Virus record (IMG/VR): IMGVR_UViG_3300047282_000191
Coordinates: 1 to 64,000 of that record
Reading direction: 5' to 3' (one strand)
From: a virus
Lineage: Duplodnaviria; Caudoviricetes
Length of the DNA stretch: 64,000 bases
Each line of letters opens with the position of its first letter. Position 1 is the first letter of the stretch. The notes below the pieces were generated by a model. It did no database searches and had not been told where the DNA came from. It saw only the letters and a program-made list of their open reading frames with translations. Positions 1-8,624 of the stretch are shown in pieces. Position numbers and translations under genes: made by a program.

Positions 1-114
1 AGCCATCAACTTCTGAGCTTCCTTATGTTTACCATTTCTGGCGAGATCGGCTGCAGCTTTTGCATAGCCCAAACCTTTAAAGCAAATATAAAGCTTTCTA
101 AAAAAGTTTTTCAT
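1..114 (-). CDS. Small hypothetical protein, truncated at window edge (MKNFFRKLYICFKGLGYAKAAADLARNGKHKEAQKLMA...)
   Basis: Hand translation; ATG at 114 abuts the hsp20 stop; frame is open to the window edge; not in ORF track. Confidence 0.55.
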   Translation of the reverse strand, partial: MKNFFRKLYICFKGLGYAKAAADLARNGKHKEAQKLMA

Positions 115-115
115 T

Positions 116-619
116 TTATTCACTCTCATTCAAGAGTTCTTTTTTAGACTTTTTTTCACCTTTAACTTCAATCTTACGAATTGGTTGTACTTCAACCATC
201 TTGTCTAATGCAATCTTTAACATACCGTTGATGATCTCAGCTGATTGAACTTCGATCTTGTCAGCTAATGCAAATGTACGAGTGAATGCACGGTTTGCGA
301 TACCTTTAAACAAGAATTCTTGGTTATCAGCGTCATCTGTAGTCTTACCAGATACAACAAGTTTGTTGCCTTCTAGTGTAATATCTACGTCAGATTGAGA
401 AAATCCAGCAACTGCAATTTCAATAGTATACTTGTTATCAGATACTTTTTTGATATTGAATGGAGGATAGTTTGGTACGTTTTTTGCTAGCTCTTGACCA
501 AGCTTAGCCATTTCGTCAAATTGCTTGTCGAAACCCACAAAAAATTTGTCAAAATCTTTTGAGGAAACGTTTAAGACATCGAAAGGTTTTTCGAATAGTT
601 GTTTTACTAATGCGTTCAT
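116..619 (-). CDS. hsp20: Small heat-shock protein (Hsp20/IbpA-like)
   Basis: PNYPPFNI, IEIAVAGFS, FLFKGIANRAFTRTF and NGMLKI alpha-crystallin motifs; AGGAG SD; usual position after regA. Confidence 0.95.
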   Translation of the reverse strand: MNALVKQLFEKPFDVLNVSSKDFDKFFVGFDKQFDEMAKLGQELAKNVPNYPPFNIKKVSDNKYTIEIAVAGFSQSDVDITLEGNKLVVSGKTTDDADNQEFLFKGIANRAFTRTFALADKIEVQSAEIINGMLKIALDKMVEVQPIRKIEVKGEKKSKKELLNESE

Positions 620-730
620 AATAGCTCCTATTAAGCGAGTTAAGTTAATTAAAATCTCACCCCAAAATGGGCGTGAGGATGGTAGTTTTTTACATGGTTA
701 CTACCACCATGTTCCCATCCCGAGGGATCA
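620..730 (-). promoter_or_regulatory. Structured hsp20 leader: candidate H-type pseudoknot plus hairpin
   Basis: mRNA ACAUGG/CCAUGU stem; loop GGUAGU is complementary to ACUACC after an A-run; then CUCACGCCC..GGGGUGAG hairpin followed by AUUUU. Confidence 0.45.
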
Positions 731-1153
731 GAATTCTTTTCTTGTGTTACCTATATTATATTTAGGACACAACTCCCATTCATCGCGCTCTTTAAATGAC
801 AATACTTTGATCTGTCTTAAAGGAGCCCGATCTTTGGACTGTTCTACATTATTTATACTCACAAGACCCCAATCCGATAATAGCACCGCGATCGTGTTTC
901 GTCTTTGAATATCGTTTTCTGTAATGGTTGACGGCTTGCCATCCAATACAAATAATTCTTTAAAATGAACGATGAAATATCTACCTTGCTTATGTAGTAT
1001 ATGGCAAGATTGATATAGTTTCTTATCCTTACGTGACGCTACTCCGATTCTAGTTAGAGTTTCGCGTACTTTTAGGAAATCGTCCGGCTCGTTTAGTGTG
1101 ATTTCCAGCATAGAAGCTGGTGTCCACTCGACGCTCTTTTCGTTATTTTCCAC
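728..1153 (-). CDS. regA: T4-like translational repressor RegA
   Basis: DDFLKVRETLTRIGVAS, LYQSCHILHKQGRYFIVHFKELF and RRNTIA are RegA signatures. Confidence 0.97.
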   Translation of the reverse strand: MENNEKSVEWTPASMLEITLNEPDDFLKVRETLTRIGVASRKDKKLYQSCHILHKQGRYFIVHFKELFVLDGKPSTITENDIQRRNTIAVLLSDWGLVSINNVEQSKDRAPLRQIKVLSFKERDEWELCPKYNIGNTRKEF

Positions 1154-1517
1154 CTTTGAAAATCCTTTGTCTCAATTGTCCCATTTGATCATCGCTAAGC
1201 AGAGGCAGAACTTGACGAGCCTTCTCATTGCTGTAGCCATAATACTCTTTAACCACTTCCAAATCATCAGAAGAGATAGGTTTAATCCACTTGGCAAACC
1301 TTTTTTTCTTCCTGATTGTATTTATAAGAAACTCGTTTTGAAGCTTCTTATCTAGGAAATGGCGCTGGTTCATTTCATTGGCCAGCAGGACAGTGTCATA
1401 GTGATAGGACAAAGATCTATTCACCATGAAAGGATTATAATTTTTCTCACTTAGCTCATCTACGATAAGGTTTTGTTTAGTATCGCAGATAGCATTTACA
1501 TAATCAAATGGACTCAT
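1143..1517 (-). CDS. gp62: Clamp loader small subunit
   Basis: YNPFMVNRSLSYHYDT, RKKKRFAKW and VKEYYGYSNEKA motifs; upstream of regA. Confidence 0.93.
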   Translation of the reverse strand: MSPFDYVNAICDTKQNLIVDELSEKNYNPFMVNRSLSYHYDTVLLANEMNQRHFLDKKLQNEFLINTIRKKKRFAKWIKPISSDDLEVVKEYYGYSNEKARQVLPLLSDDQMGQLRQRIFKGGK

Positions 1518-1805
1518 TTAGTAATTAAACCCCAATAATTTAAATATCGCTTTGCGATACCAAGGCATAGGTTGACCAGTAATAGTTAATTTAGATGTAT
1601 TAATTGTCACAGCCGATAATTCTCCAGCTGAAGTAGTTGAAGCAACAACATACTGCATGCCTGTTGGATATGGACCGTGTAATCCTGCAATACCCTCAGC
1701 TCTAACATAATATTCGGGTGCAGTACACTTAGAATAATCTAGATCTAATTTAATTTGTTCAGTTAATGGAAAGAAGAATTCAATCTCTAGTTGTTTCATC
1801 ACCAA
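1518..1805 (-). CDS. Hypothetical protein (95 aa)
   Basis: ORF track; packed directly against the gp62 start. Confidence 0.65.
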   Translation of the reverse strand: MVMKQLEIEFFFPLTEQIKLDLDYSKCTAPEYYVRAEGIAGLHGPYPTGMQYVVASTTSAGELSAVTINTSKLTITGQPMPWYRKAIFKLLGFNY

Positions 1806-1948
1806 TGCCTTATAACGCCTGCAATAATAAAAATATTTGTTATGACATAGCTACAAAGGATGAGCGTTCTAATAACAGCGATTTTATCAGCTTCGGAATT
1901 ATTAGAACTTCCTTTGCTACCGATTGCTTTTGCCCATAATCGCCACAT
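1799..1948 (-). CDS. Small membrane protein (MWRLWAKAIGSKGSSNNSEADKIAVIRTLILCSYVITNIFIIAGVIRHW)
   Basis: Hand translation, 49 aa with one hydrophobic helix; resembles a small conserved protein I recall from T4-like aquatic phages; not in ORF track. Confidence 0.7.
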   Translation of the reverse strand: MWRLWAKAIGSKGSSNNSEADKIAVIRTLILCSYVITNIFIIAGVIRHW

Positions 1949-2096
1949 TTTCTACGACTCCTTTACACCACTCAATTGCTGATTGTCTTGCTTCTTGTAA
2001 ATCTATAAAAACACCAGTAGCTGGATCTTTATCTGTGCTGTCATCTATATATTCTACAAACCAAAACTCTTCGTTAGGATATATTTTAGCTAACAT
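1917..2096 (-). CDS. Small hypothetical protein (59 aa, MLAKIYPNEEFWFVEY...)
   Basis: Hand translation; ATG overlaps the gp44 stop (TAATG). Confidence 0.6.
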   Translation of the reverse strand: MLAKIYPNEEFWFVEYIDDSTDKDPATGVFIDLQEARQSAIEWCKGVVENVAIMGKSNR

Positions 2097-3034
2097 TATT
2101 TAAACTCCGCGGAAGCCATGACTTCTGTCATACAGGCAACTACGTTAAGTTCATGATCAGCCACAAATGCATTCTTATACTGATAATCAGCTAAGACGAG
2201 GATGACTTGTGGAATTGATTGAGGCTGTAAATGTTCACTAAGAACATCATAAACTTTACGGAAGATTGCGTGTGGTTCTGTGTCAATATTGTTGACAACC
2301 CATTCGCGCATGCTTTTAAAGTTTTTGGCTTTAAGCGCTTCCATCAGATCTTTGATAGACTTATCATTAAGTGTAACTAAGATACCTGCATCAATAGTAC
2401 CGCCGACTGAATAGCGTTGAGCTTCATTAAGAACGCGTCTCCAATCTGGAGCATGTTTCATTATCAATTCAGCAAGTGTAGCTTCATCGAATGATACGCT
2501 TTCTGTAGATAAGATCTCTTTAAGGCGTGTTAGAAACTGACCACATAGACCTGCTAGCTGCTTCTTATCGAACTTAAAATCAATGACACCACAACGAGAA
2601 TGGAGTGGTTCAATGATACGGTTCTTAAAGTTACACGTGAGGATGAAACGACAGTTATCAGCAAATTCTTCAATGAAACCACGAAGAGCTGGTTGAGTAG
2701 ACTGCGGATTTAGATAATCTGCTTCGTCAAGGATCACACATTTATAACCACCTTGTAGTGATACCGTTGAGGCAAATTGGCGGATCTTGGTACGAAGGGT
2801 GTCGATGTTACCTTCTTCAGATCCGTTGATGATGATATAGTCAATGCCAAGTTGTTCACATAAGGCACGTGCGACAGTGGTCTTGCCAAGACCTGCAGTT
2901 CCAGAGAACATTAGGTTTGGCAATTCACCGTTCTTGACTATGGTTTGAAATGTATCCTTAAGAGCTTTTGGAAGGATACACTGATCGATGGTTTTAGGAC
3001 GATACTTTTCTACCCACAAAAATTGGTCTTGCAT
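2096..3034 (-). CDS. gp44: Clamp loader large subunit (RFC-like AAA+)
   Basis: LWVEKYRP, Walker A GTAGLGKTT, ILDEAD, SRC and PDWRR motifs. Confidence 0.97.
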   Translation of the reverse strand: MQDQFLWVEKYRPKTIDQCILPKALKDTFQTIVKNGELPNLMFSGTAGLGKTTVARALCEQLGIDYIIINGSEEGNIDTLRTKIRQFASTVSLQGGYKCVILDEADYLNPQSTQPALRGFIEEFADNCRFILTCNFKNRIIEPLHSRCGVIDFKFDKKQLAGLCGQFLTRLKEILSTESVSFDEATLAELIMKHAPDWRRVLNEAQRYSVGGTIDAGILVTLNDKSIKDLMEALKAKNFKSMREWVVNNIDTEPHAIFRKVYDVLSEHLQPQSIPQVILVLADYQYKNAFVADHELNVVACMTEVMASAEFK

Positions 3035-3065
3035 TCAAAAACTCCATAATATAATAGTACAACAA

Positions 3066-3326
3066 TTAAGCGCTGATAGATTCGTATAGATCTTCTACTT
3101 CGGATTGCTCAGCTTTAAACTCATTAAAGTTTTGTTTGTGATAGATCTTAGCAAGTGTACGAGTATACTTTTGTGGTAACTCATATTTAGTTGCTACATC
3201 CTTTAAAGTTTCGCGAATCAAATCACGTTCAGCTTCCATGCGTGTCATAGAATTAGAGATTTCTACGATCGCATCATATACTGCTTTACGATCTGATGGA
3301 TTACTTAGTCTCTGTGTTAGGCTCAT
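3066..3326 (-). CDS. dsbA: T4 DsbA-like double-stranded DNA-binding protein
   Basis: Pattern LAKIYHKQNFNE..E..EVEDLYE resembles the T4 DsbA C-terminus (LLALYHK..EVVELY). Confidence 0.7.
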   Translation of the reverse strand: MSLTQRLSNPSDRKAVYDAIVEISNSMTRMEAERDLIRETLKDVATKYELPQKYTRTLAKIYHKQNFNEFKAEQSEVEDLYESISA

Positions 3327-3504
3327 TTGTTGCTGCTCCTTCTGCTTCTGGTTGTGCTGGTACTTGTTGAGCGTTTGCTTTTACAAACTCAATAATACGT
3401 TCACGCACTTCGCCGACTGTCTTAAGGTCAGCACCTTTGAATACACCCTTTTCAGATGCTAGATCGATGATTTGTACTACTAATTGTAAGTCAGTTAATT
3501 TCAT
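3301..3504 (-). CDS. Hypothetical protein (67 aa)
   Basis: ORF track; 2 nt after the gp45 stop; I.LASEKGVFKG.DL..VG pattern. Confidence 0.7.
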   Translation of the reverse strand: MKLTDLQLVVQIIDLASEKGVFKGADLKTVGEVRERIIEFVKANAQQVPAQPEAEGAATNEPNTETK

Positions 3505-3506
3505 TG

Positions 3507-4181
3507 TTATGCCTCATAAGTTGATGATTTTTCAAGTGCAATCCAATACTCAATAGGTAATGTCTTGTGTTTGAAATGGGAGATTAATTTACCCGAGATG
3601 GATACATCATAATCGCCGGGTAAGATCTTAAAGTTACTGATATCGAAATGGAATTTAAACTTGTGATTGCCATTGTTACCTTCTACTTCAGTACCATAGG
3701 AGTTAGATGTACTGTTCTTAGCATCCTTAACTCGAATTACAATACCTGATCCAGCGTCCTCAACTGCAACAGTGGATACAGATAAGAGAGATGTCGCGCG
3801 TTTCAATGAACTTAATGTAGCATCGGTTAGTTCGAATGATGCATCAGTTGCGGGCATCGAAACATCTTTTTGTGGGAACGTCAATGAAGCTTCATCTGAG
3901 AAGAAGTAAGTTAAAGATGATTTACCTTCTGTAATATATGCAGATTTGCCATCCTCTGAGAAGTCGAATGTTGGATCATTGAATAATGATAGTGATGATA
4001 AGAAGTCGTTTACATCATAGATGCCGAAATCTTGCGGGATTTGTTCAGTGATAGTTGCTTTAGCTACGATGTTCTTAGCTTCAGCGATGGTCTTAAGTTC
4101 ATTTCCCGCTTTGAACATAAGGTTGGGTTGAATGGTTGCAAAATTCTTTAAGATTGCAATCGTCTCTTTAGATAACTTCAT
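3507..4181 (-). CDS. gp45: Sliding clamp
   Basis: MKLSKETIAILKNFATIQPNL, FGIYDVNDFLS, NFKILPGDYDVSIS and YWIALE motifs. Confidence 0.97.
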   Translation of the reverse strand: MKLSKETIAILKNFATIQPNLMFKAGNELKTIAEAKNIVAKATITEQIPQDFGIYDVNDFLSSLSLFNDPTFDFSEDGKSAYITEGKSSLTYFFSDEASLTFPQKDVSMPATDASFELTDATLSSLKRATSLLSVSTVAVEDAGSGIVIRVKDAKNSTSNSYGTEVEGNNGNHKFKFHFDISNFKILPGDYDVSISGKLISHFKHKTLPIEYWIALEKSSTYEA

Positions 4182-4207
4182 ATTGATTCCTCACGATTAA
4201 TAATATA

Positions 4208-4237
4208 ATTATACCACATTTTTGTCATCTTGTACAC
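4208..4237 (-). promoter_or_regulatory. Sigma70-like phage promoter for gp45
   Basis: Minus strand TGTACA-N17-TATAAT with TGG before the -10 box. Confidence 0.7.
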
Positions 4238-4571
4238 TATATTTTACGTCGTGCTCATATAAAAACATAAGACAACATAAAGCGTGTGCTAAGTGATTTT
4301 TGCCCGTTTCCGGATCATTTTGTTCGCCTTCTTTCCATGCCCAAACATGTCGTTGTAGTGCATCGAAATACCTGCGTTTAGAATCTGGTACATATTTCCA
4401 ATTATCTGGTTCATATTTTTGTGCACCAAATGTCAGAATCTCTGCTGTAGCTTTTAATGCTAAAGGCGGCAACAAACCATACTGTAGTTTATCGCCATCA
4501 AACTTTCTTCCACCAGTCGTTGCTGTTTGACTGGCTTTTACAATGTCTTTTAGATCTTTTTTGCTAGCCAT
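4209..4571 (-). CDS. dATP/dGTP diphosphohydrolase domain protein (DUF5664-like)
   Basis: GRKFDGDKLQYGLLP, TFGAQKY..DNW, YFDALQRH and DPETGKNHLAHALCC motifs. Confidence 0.85.
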   Translation of the reverse strand: MASKKDLKDIVKASQTATTGGRKFDGDKLQYGLLPPLALKATAEILTFGAQKYEPDNWKYVPDSKRRYFDALQRHVWAWKEGEQNDPETGKNHLAHALCCLMFLYEHDVKYSVQDDKNVV

Positions 4572-4652
4572 AATTTAAACTTCTCACGTAGAGTTAATTT
4601 TGTAGGTGAATAACCAGCAATCTGGTCTACTATCTTTTTCCAAATATCCATA
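4551..4652 (-). CDS. Possible 33-aa peptide (MDIWKKIVDQIAGYSPTKLTLREKFKLWLAKKI)
   Basis: Hand translation with GAGG upstream; overlaps the DUF5664 start; coordinates approximate. Confidence 0.35.
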
Positions 4653-4675
4653 ATATAATCCTCAAATAAGAAATG

Positions 4676-4714
4676 AAGAAGAGAGGGTCGGTGTCCAATC
4701 TCCCCTCTCTCTTC
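4676..4714 (-). terminator. Putative hairpin terminator
   Basis: Imperfect inverted repeat GAAGAGAGGG...CCCTCTCTCTTC downstream of the HTH gene. Confidence 0.4.
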
Positions 4715-4744
4715 AAAATGCCTAAACAATATTAGGCAACAAGG

Positions 4745-4981
4745 TTAAATCGTTCCGCGGAGGGCACGAATACCAGCAGCAACAACTGCGCGTGTAGGAG
4801 TACCTAAACGATAAGTTGTCATGCCATTGGTTTTATTTGCATAGATGCAAAAACCTTGTGAACGCAAATTGCTAACAGTAGCAGTTACGTTCTTGATGCC
4901 AAATCGAGAACCGATTTGACCGGCCGTAAAATTTTGGCCTTTTTGGAATGCCGCTAAAAGACGGCTTTGTTTGCTCTTCAT
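4745..4981 (-). CDS. Small helix-turn-helix protein
   Basis: Likely start MKSKQSRLL (ATG 4981, GGAG upstream); FTAGQIGSRFGIKNVTATVSNLRSQG is HTH-like. Confidence 0.75.
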   Translation of the reverse strand: MKSKQSRLLAAFQKGQNFTAGQIGSRFGIKNVTATVSNLRSQGFCIYANKTNGMTTYRLGTPTRAVVAAGIRALRGTI

Positions 4982-5060
4982 TATTAAAGCTCCATAATAT
5001 ACACACTCAAATTCACCTATTGACCGGAAAGGGAGCGTGAAATCCTTTCCGAAGGTGTTC

Positions 5061-6215
5061 TTATAGCTGCTGAGGTTGAACGTTCTCAACAACTGTTTCT
5101 CCTACAGGTGGTGCTATGATTGCTTTAGAATCTACTTTAGTGTAGAGATCTAAGAAAGCAACCTTAGTATCTTCGTCAAAACGAGAGATACACAATTCAA
5201 TTGCTTTAGCACGATCTGCAAAAATGCCATAACTACGTGCAATATGCACTAAGCGACGTGTAGAGATGAGATCATCTACGCCGCCATCCTTATATGTCTG
5301 ACGAATAATATCAGCCCAAGTTGTAAGGTTATCTGCAAACTCACCATCAAGTTTACCGTAAGTCTCCATTGCATTTAAGATAATCTTCTTTTCTACTGCA
5401 ATAGAAGGATATGGTTGCTCTAATGTCGCAACAAACCTTTCGAGGAAAGCTTCATCGAGGATACGAGCACCTGTAAAACGACCGTCTTCAGAACCACGAC
5501 CTTTAGTATTGGCCGTTGCGATGACATTAAAACCGTTTGCAGGTTTAATTACTACGCCAGTTTTCTTAATGTATAGTGGCTTGCCTTCTAAGATGGCTTG
5601 CAAACACATAAGCTTATTAGATCCACGATCGATCTCGTCAATCAAACAGATCGCACCTTGTTTCATTGCTTGTGGTACAGGACCATCGCACCATACAGTC
5701 TCACCGTTGACTAAACGGAAACCACCGATTAGGTCATCTTCGTCAGTCTCTTCTGTAATGTTTACGCGTACATACTTACGCTTAGATTGTGCACATGCTT
5801 GTTCAACCATCATAGTCTTACCGTTACCAGAGAGACCTGAGATGAATAGAGGATAGAATGCATTTGATTCAATGATTTGTTTTACATCACGGAAGAATCC
5901 CCATGAAACATACATTGAGTCTTTTTCTGGTACTTCGATTTGCACTTGTTGAAATACTTTCTGTGTAATTTTTTCAGTTGGTTGATCTGCTGCTTGCACT
6001 TCAACCTCTGGTTTTTTAAGAGGCACTACTGTCGCCAACATTGCGACTTGATAACGTCCACGACCTACTCGATTTTCTGGTTTTGTGATAAAATTAGGAT
6101 ATCCCAATCCCATATCACGAGCGTGGTCTACTAATTCTTGTACATCAAAGACTGAACGACCTGGAAACTTGTCGCCTAAAGTTTTGACGAATGCTTGTTT
6201 GATTTCTGATTTCAT
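5061..6215 (-). CDS. cobS: CobS-like MoxR AAA+ ATPase
   Basis: GLSGNGKT Walker A, LIDEIDRG Walker B, ATANTKGRG, LDEAFLERF and STRRLV; likely ATG at 6215 (track uses GTG 6224). Confidence 0.9.
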   Translation of the reverse strand: MKSEIKQAFVKTLGDKFPGRSVFDVQELVDHARDMGLGYPNFITKPENRVGRGRYQVAMLATVVPLKKPEVEVQAADQPTEKITQKVFQQVQIEVPEKDSMYVSWGFFRDVKQIIESNAFYPLFISGLSGNGKTMMVEQACAQSKRKYVRVNITEETDEDDLIGGFRLVNGETVWCDGPVPQAMKQGAICLIDEIDRGSNKLMCLQAILEGKPLYIKKTGVVIKPANGFNVIATANTKGRGSEDGRFTGARILDEAFLERFVATLEQPYPSIAVEKKIILNAMETYGKLDGEFADNLTTWADIIRQTYKDGGVDDLISTRRLVHIARSYGIFADRAKAIELCISRFDEDTKVAFLDLYTKVDSKAIIAPPVGETVVENVQPQQL

Positions 6216-6261
6216 ACTGGACACCTTTCACTTTTAACATGATAAAACTTACATAATATAG

Positions 6262-6300
6262 GTATATTATACCACAAAAATATCCTGCAGTACATAGGCC
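6262..6300 (-). promoter_or_regulatory. Sigma70-like phage promoter for cobS
   Basis: GGCCTATGTACTGCAGGATATTTTTGTGGTATAAT; near-identical copy at 8572-8607. Confidence 0.8.
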
Positions 6301-8532
6301 CTATGCAATAGAGTCTACGAATGCATTCAATAATACGCGATTAACTCGCTTAGCCTTTGTCATCTTTGCAAACGCTGTCTTAATCTTGCCTTTGCTTGCG
6401 CCGTCTTCCACAAGCTCTCCAAACTCATCTTCAACGATGTCCATATATTTTGTACATAAGCCAAAATAACGATCATAGCCAAAGATCTTGTCTTCAATGA
6501 TAGCACGATTCTTAGTCATCTGCGTAGTATATTTTTCTTTATTCTTAATATAGTTTGCAGATCCAACTTCATGTAGCACTTTATTGATCGCTTGATTACG
6601 ATATTGCGAGATAAAGAAACCTAACACGTTGCTGTCAGTAGATTGTTTTAAGAACTTCAATAAGCCTTCAGTCATAGCACTACCTACAGCTGATTCCAAT
6701 TCTAAAGTCTTACCGTCTATTCTAACATAACACTTTCTCGAACGATAATAATATCCATTTGCTACCGTTCTGTGTTTCTCACCTTCCTCTGTCATACGAA
6801 CTTGGAAGTTATCAGATTCGCCATCTGATAAGAACATAGCTGTCATGTTTTCAATATTGTGTTGAAGCTTATACTTTTTGATCATGTCATTAGCAACGAT
6901 GATACATGTATTCAGTGGAGTACTATGAAGTTGATTCCAAGAATTAATATACCATTGTGAAATATTGCCGTCCCATGCTTGAGATAATGTCCACAACATC
7001 TCTTGTGCTTTATTATATTCTGCACGAGTCATACGTGAAGACATTAAATTCAACAAGTTAAATTTTTCAGGAATGATCTCGTTATCTGAGAACTCTTCCC
7101 ATTTTTGATTGCGATCATCTGCGTCGTCACGTACACGAGTTGTAAATGCATACACTTCATATGGTATTTGAACCATGCGACAGAATAGAGTTAAGTTCAG
7201 CAGCTGACGAACGGTTGGTCCTAAATTTTCTTGCATAGAGCCACTAAAGTCGATGAACATCATCATACCGTGATTCTTATAATTTGCAAGCTTTGTAGAT
7301 TTTAAGAAGATGTCTTCTGAATACTTGTATGCGTGCAACTTATTTGTATTGATGATACCGGTTTTTTCTAGTTTAGATCGAGAATACTGGAATGCAGCTT
7401 TACGAAGTTCGAATTCTTTAGCCATATATGCTGCAGCCATCTCAGTCTCGGTTTTAAATTTGCGATACTTATCTTTTAGCAGATCTTTCTGCTCAGCAAT
7501 GCGCGAGATCAAATGATCTTGATCTGGATTTTCAAAGCGAAGGTGCTTTTCCCATTCTGCATAATAATCTTTGTAGTCAATCACTATGTTTGGTTGGCGA
7601 ACCTTATTAATAGTGAAAACATTTTCTTGCATGTCTGAAACTACTAATTCTTTTTCGCGATCTCTAAAAGCTTTGTCAGTCAAAGATTCTGCAGAAGCTG
7701 GTTGTTCATCTTGAGTAGATTTTTCTGATGGTCCTTCAGTAACATCGTCTTTAGATAATTCTTCTTTTTCTCCGTCACGACCTTTACCAGTTTGACCTTT
7801 TGGATCTTCTTCGGTTTCTTCAGGTTGTCCATCAGCAGCACTTTGATCTGGTTTTTCATAGTCATTTTCATCAGTGCTACCATCATCCTCTTGAAGATCA
7901 TCAAGAGATTGTGTGACCATTGTTTGTTTTGATTCTCTTGGAGCAGTCTCTTCTAAAGCTTTTTGATATGCATAGATGTCTTTAGCAAGCTTGACGACTT
8001 CTTCGAATGTTTCAGTCTTAAAAGATGCATTATAAAATCCACGCTCGATAGCATCGAACTGAACTTCTATGTTTGGACCGAGTTTAGATTTAAGATTAAT
8101 TTTATCGATGACGCGAATATTGTCAACATCAATTCCTTGAGATTCTAAGCCAAAGAAATCCTCTGCAGATAATTGTTTGTATGCTTTTTGGAATTGTGCA
8201 CGAAGACCAGGATACTTGTCTTGAACTTTGCGTTCAATACGTACGTCTTCTAACACATTGAGATATGCTTTAGGTGCACCATCAACATCGTCAACAGCAT
8301 CGTGCCAACCAGCTGATGGTGTGTAAAGCGCGTGACCAACTTCGTGACCTGTAAGTAGATCATAAACAGCTTTACCTTTATTTTTCCAAACTGGTAAAGC
8401 TAAGACTCGATTTTTAGGATCGAACCATGCGGTTTTATAAGATCCGTGAATAACGTTGATGTTTTCTTTAGCTAAGAGTTTAGCTAGTGTAGACTGCTGA
8501 TTAAAATTTATTGCTATATTTTCGACTGGCAT
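6301..8532 (-). CDS. CobT-like protein: N-terminal zincin-like domain, acidic linker, VWA domain
   Basis: HEVGHALYT and LNVLEDVRIER; MIDAS DFSGSM, TPLN and LSDGES; adjacent to the MoxR ATPase. Confidence 0.85.
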   Translation of the reverse strand: MPVENIAINFNQQSTLAKLLAKENINVIHGSYKTAWFDPKNRVLALPVWKNKGKAVYDLLTGHEVGHALYTPSAGWHDAVDDVDGAPKAYLNVLEDVRIERKVQDKYPGLRAQFQKAYKQLSAEDFFGLESQGIDVDNIRVIDKINLKSKLGPNIEVQFDAIERGFYNASFKTETFEEVVKLAKDIYAYQKALEETAPRESKQTMVTQSLDDLQEDDGSTDENDYEKPDQSAADGQPEETEEDPKGQTGKGRDGEKEELSKDDVTEGPSEKSTQDEQPASAESLTDKAFRDREKELVVSDMQENVFTINKVRQPNIVIDYKDYYAEWEKHLRFENPDQDHLISRIAEQKDLLKDKYRKFKTETEMAAAYMAKEFELRKAAFQYSRSKLEKTGIINTNKLHAYKYSEDIFLKSTKLANYKNHGMMMFIDFSGSMQENLGPTVRQLLNLTLFCRMVQIPYEVYAFTTRVRDDADDRNQKWEEFSDNEIIPEKFNLLNLMSSRMTRAEYNKAQEMLWTLSQAWDGNISQWYINSWNQLHSTPLNTCIIVANDMIKKYKLQHNIENMTAMFLSDGESDNFQVRMTEEGEKHRTVANGYYYRSRKCYVRIDGKTLELESAVGSAMTEGLLKFLKQSTDSNVLGFFISQYRNQAINKVLHEVGSANYIKNKEKYTTQMTKNRAIIEDKIFGYDRYFGLCTKYMDIVEDEFGELVEDGASKGKIKTAFAKMTKAKRVNRVLLNAFVDSIA

Positions 8533-8571
8533 TGGACACCTTTTACAAGTTATTTATTACTGAATATGGAT

Positions 8572-8607
8572 ATATTATACCATAATAATATCCTGCAGTA
8601 CATAGGT
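8572..8607 (-). promoter_or_regulatory. Sigma70-like phage promoter for the CobT-like gene
   Basis: CCTATGTACTGCAGGATATTATTATGGTATAATAT. Confidence 0.8.
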
Positions 8608-8624
8608 CTTATAAGTCATTGATT

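Noticed and set aside
620-730. preQ1-I riboswitch or CIRCE operator upstream of hsp20
   Set aside because: The stem plus A-tail layout is similar to preQ1-I, but the loop lacks its ligand-binding sequence. No TTAGCACTC-N9-GAGTGCTAA is present.
5061-8532. Cobalamin biosynthesis as an auxiliary metabolic pathway
   Set aside because: No cobN or other cob genes in the window; a generic MoxR-VWA role is more parsimonious.
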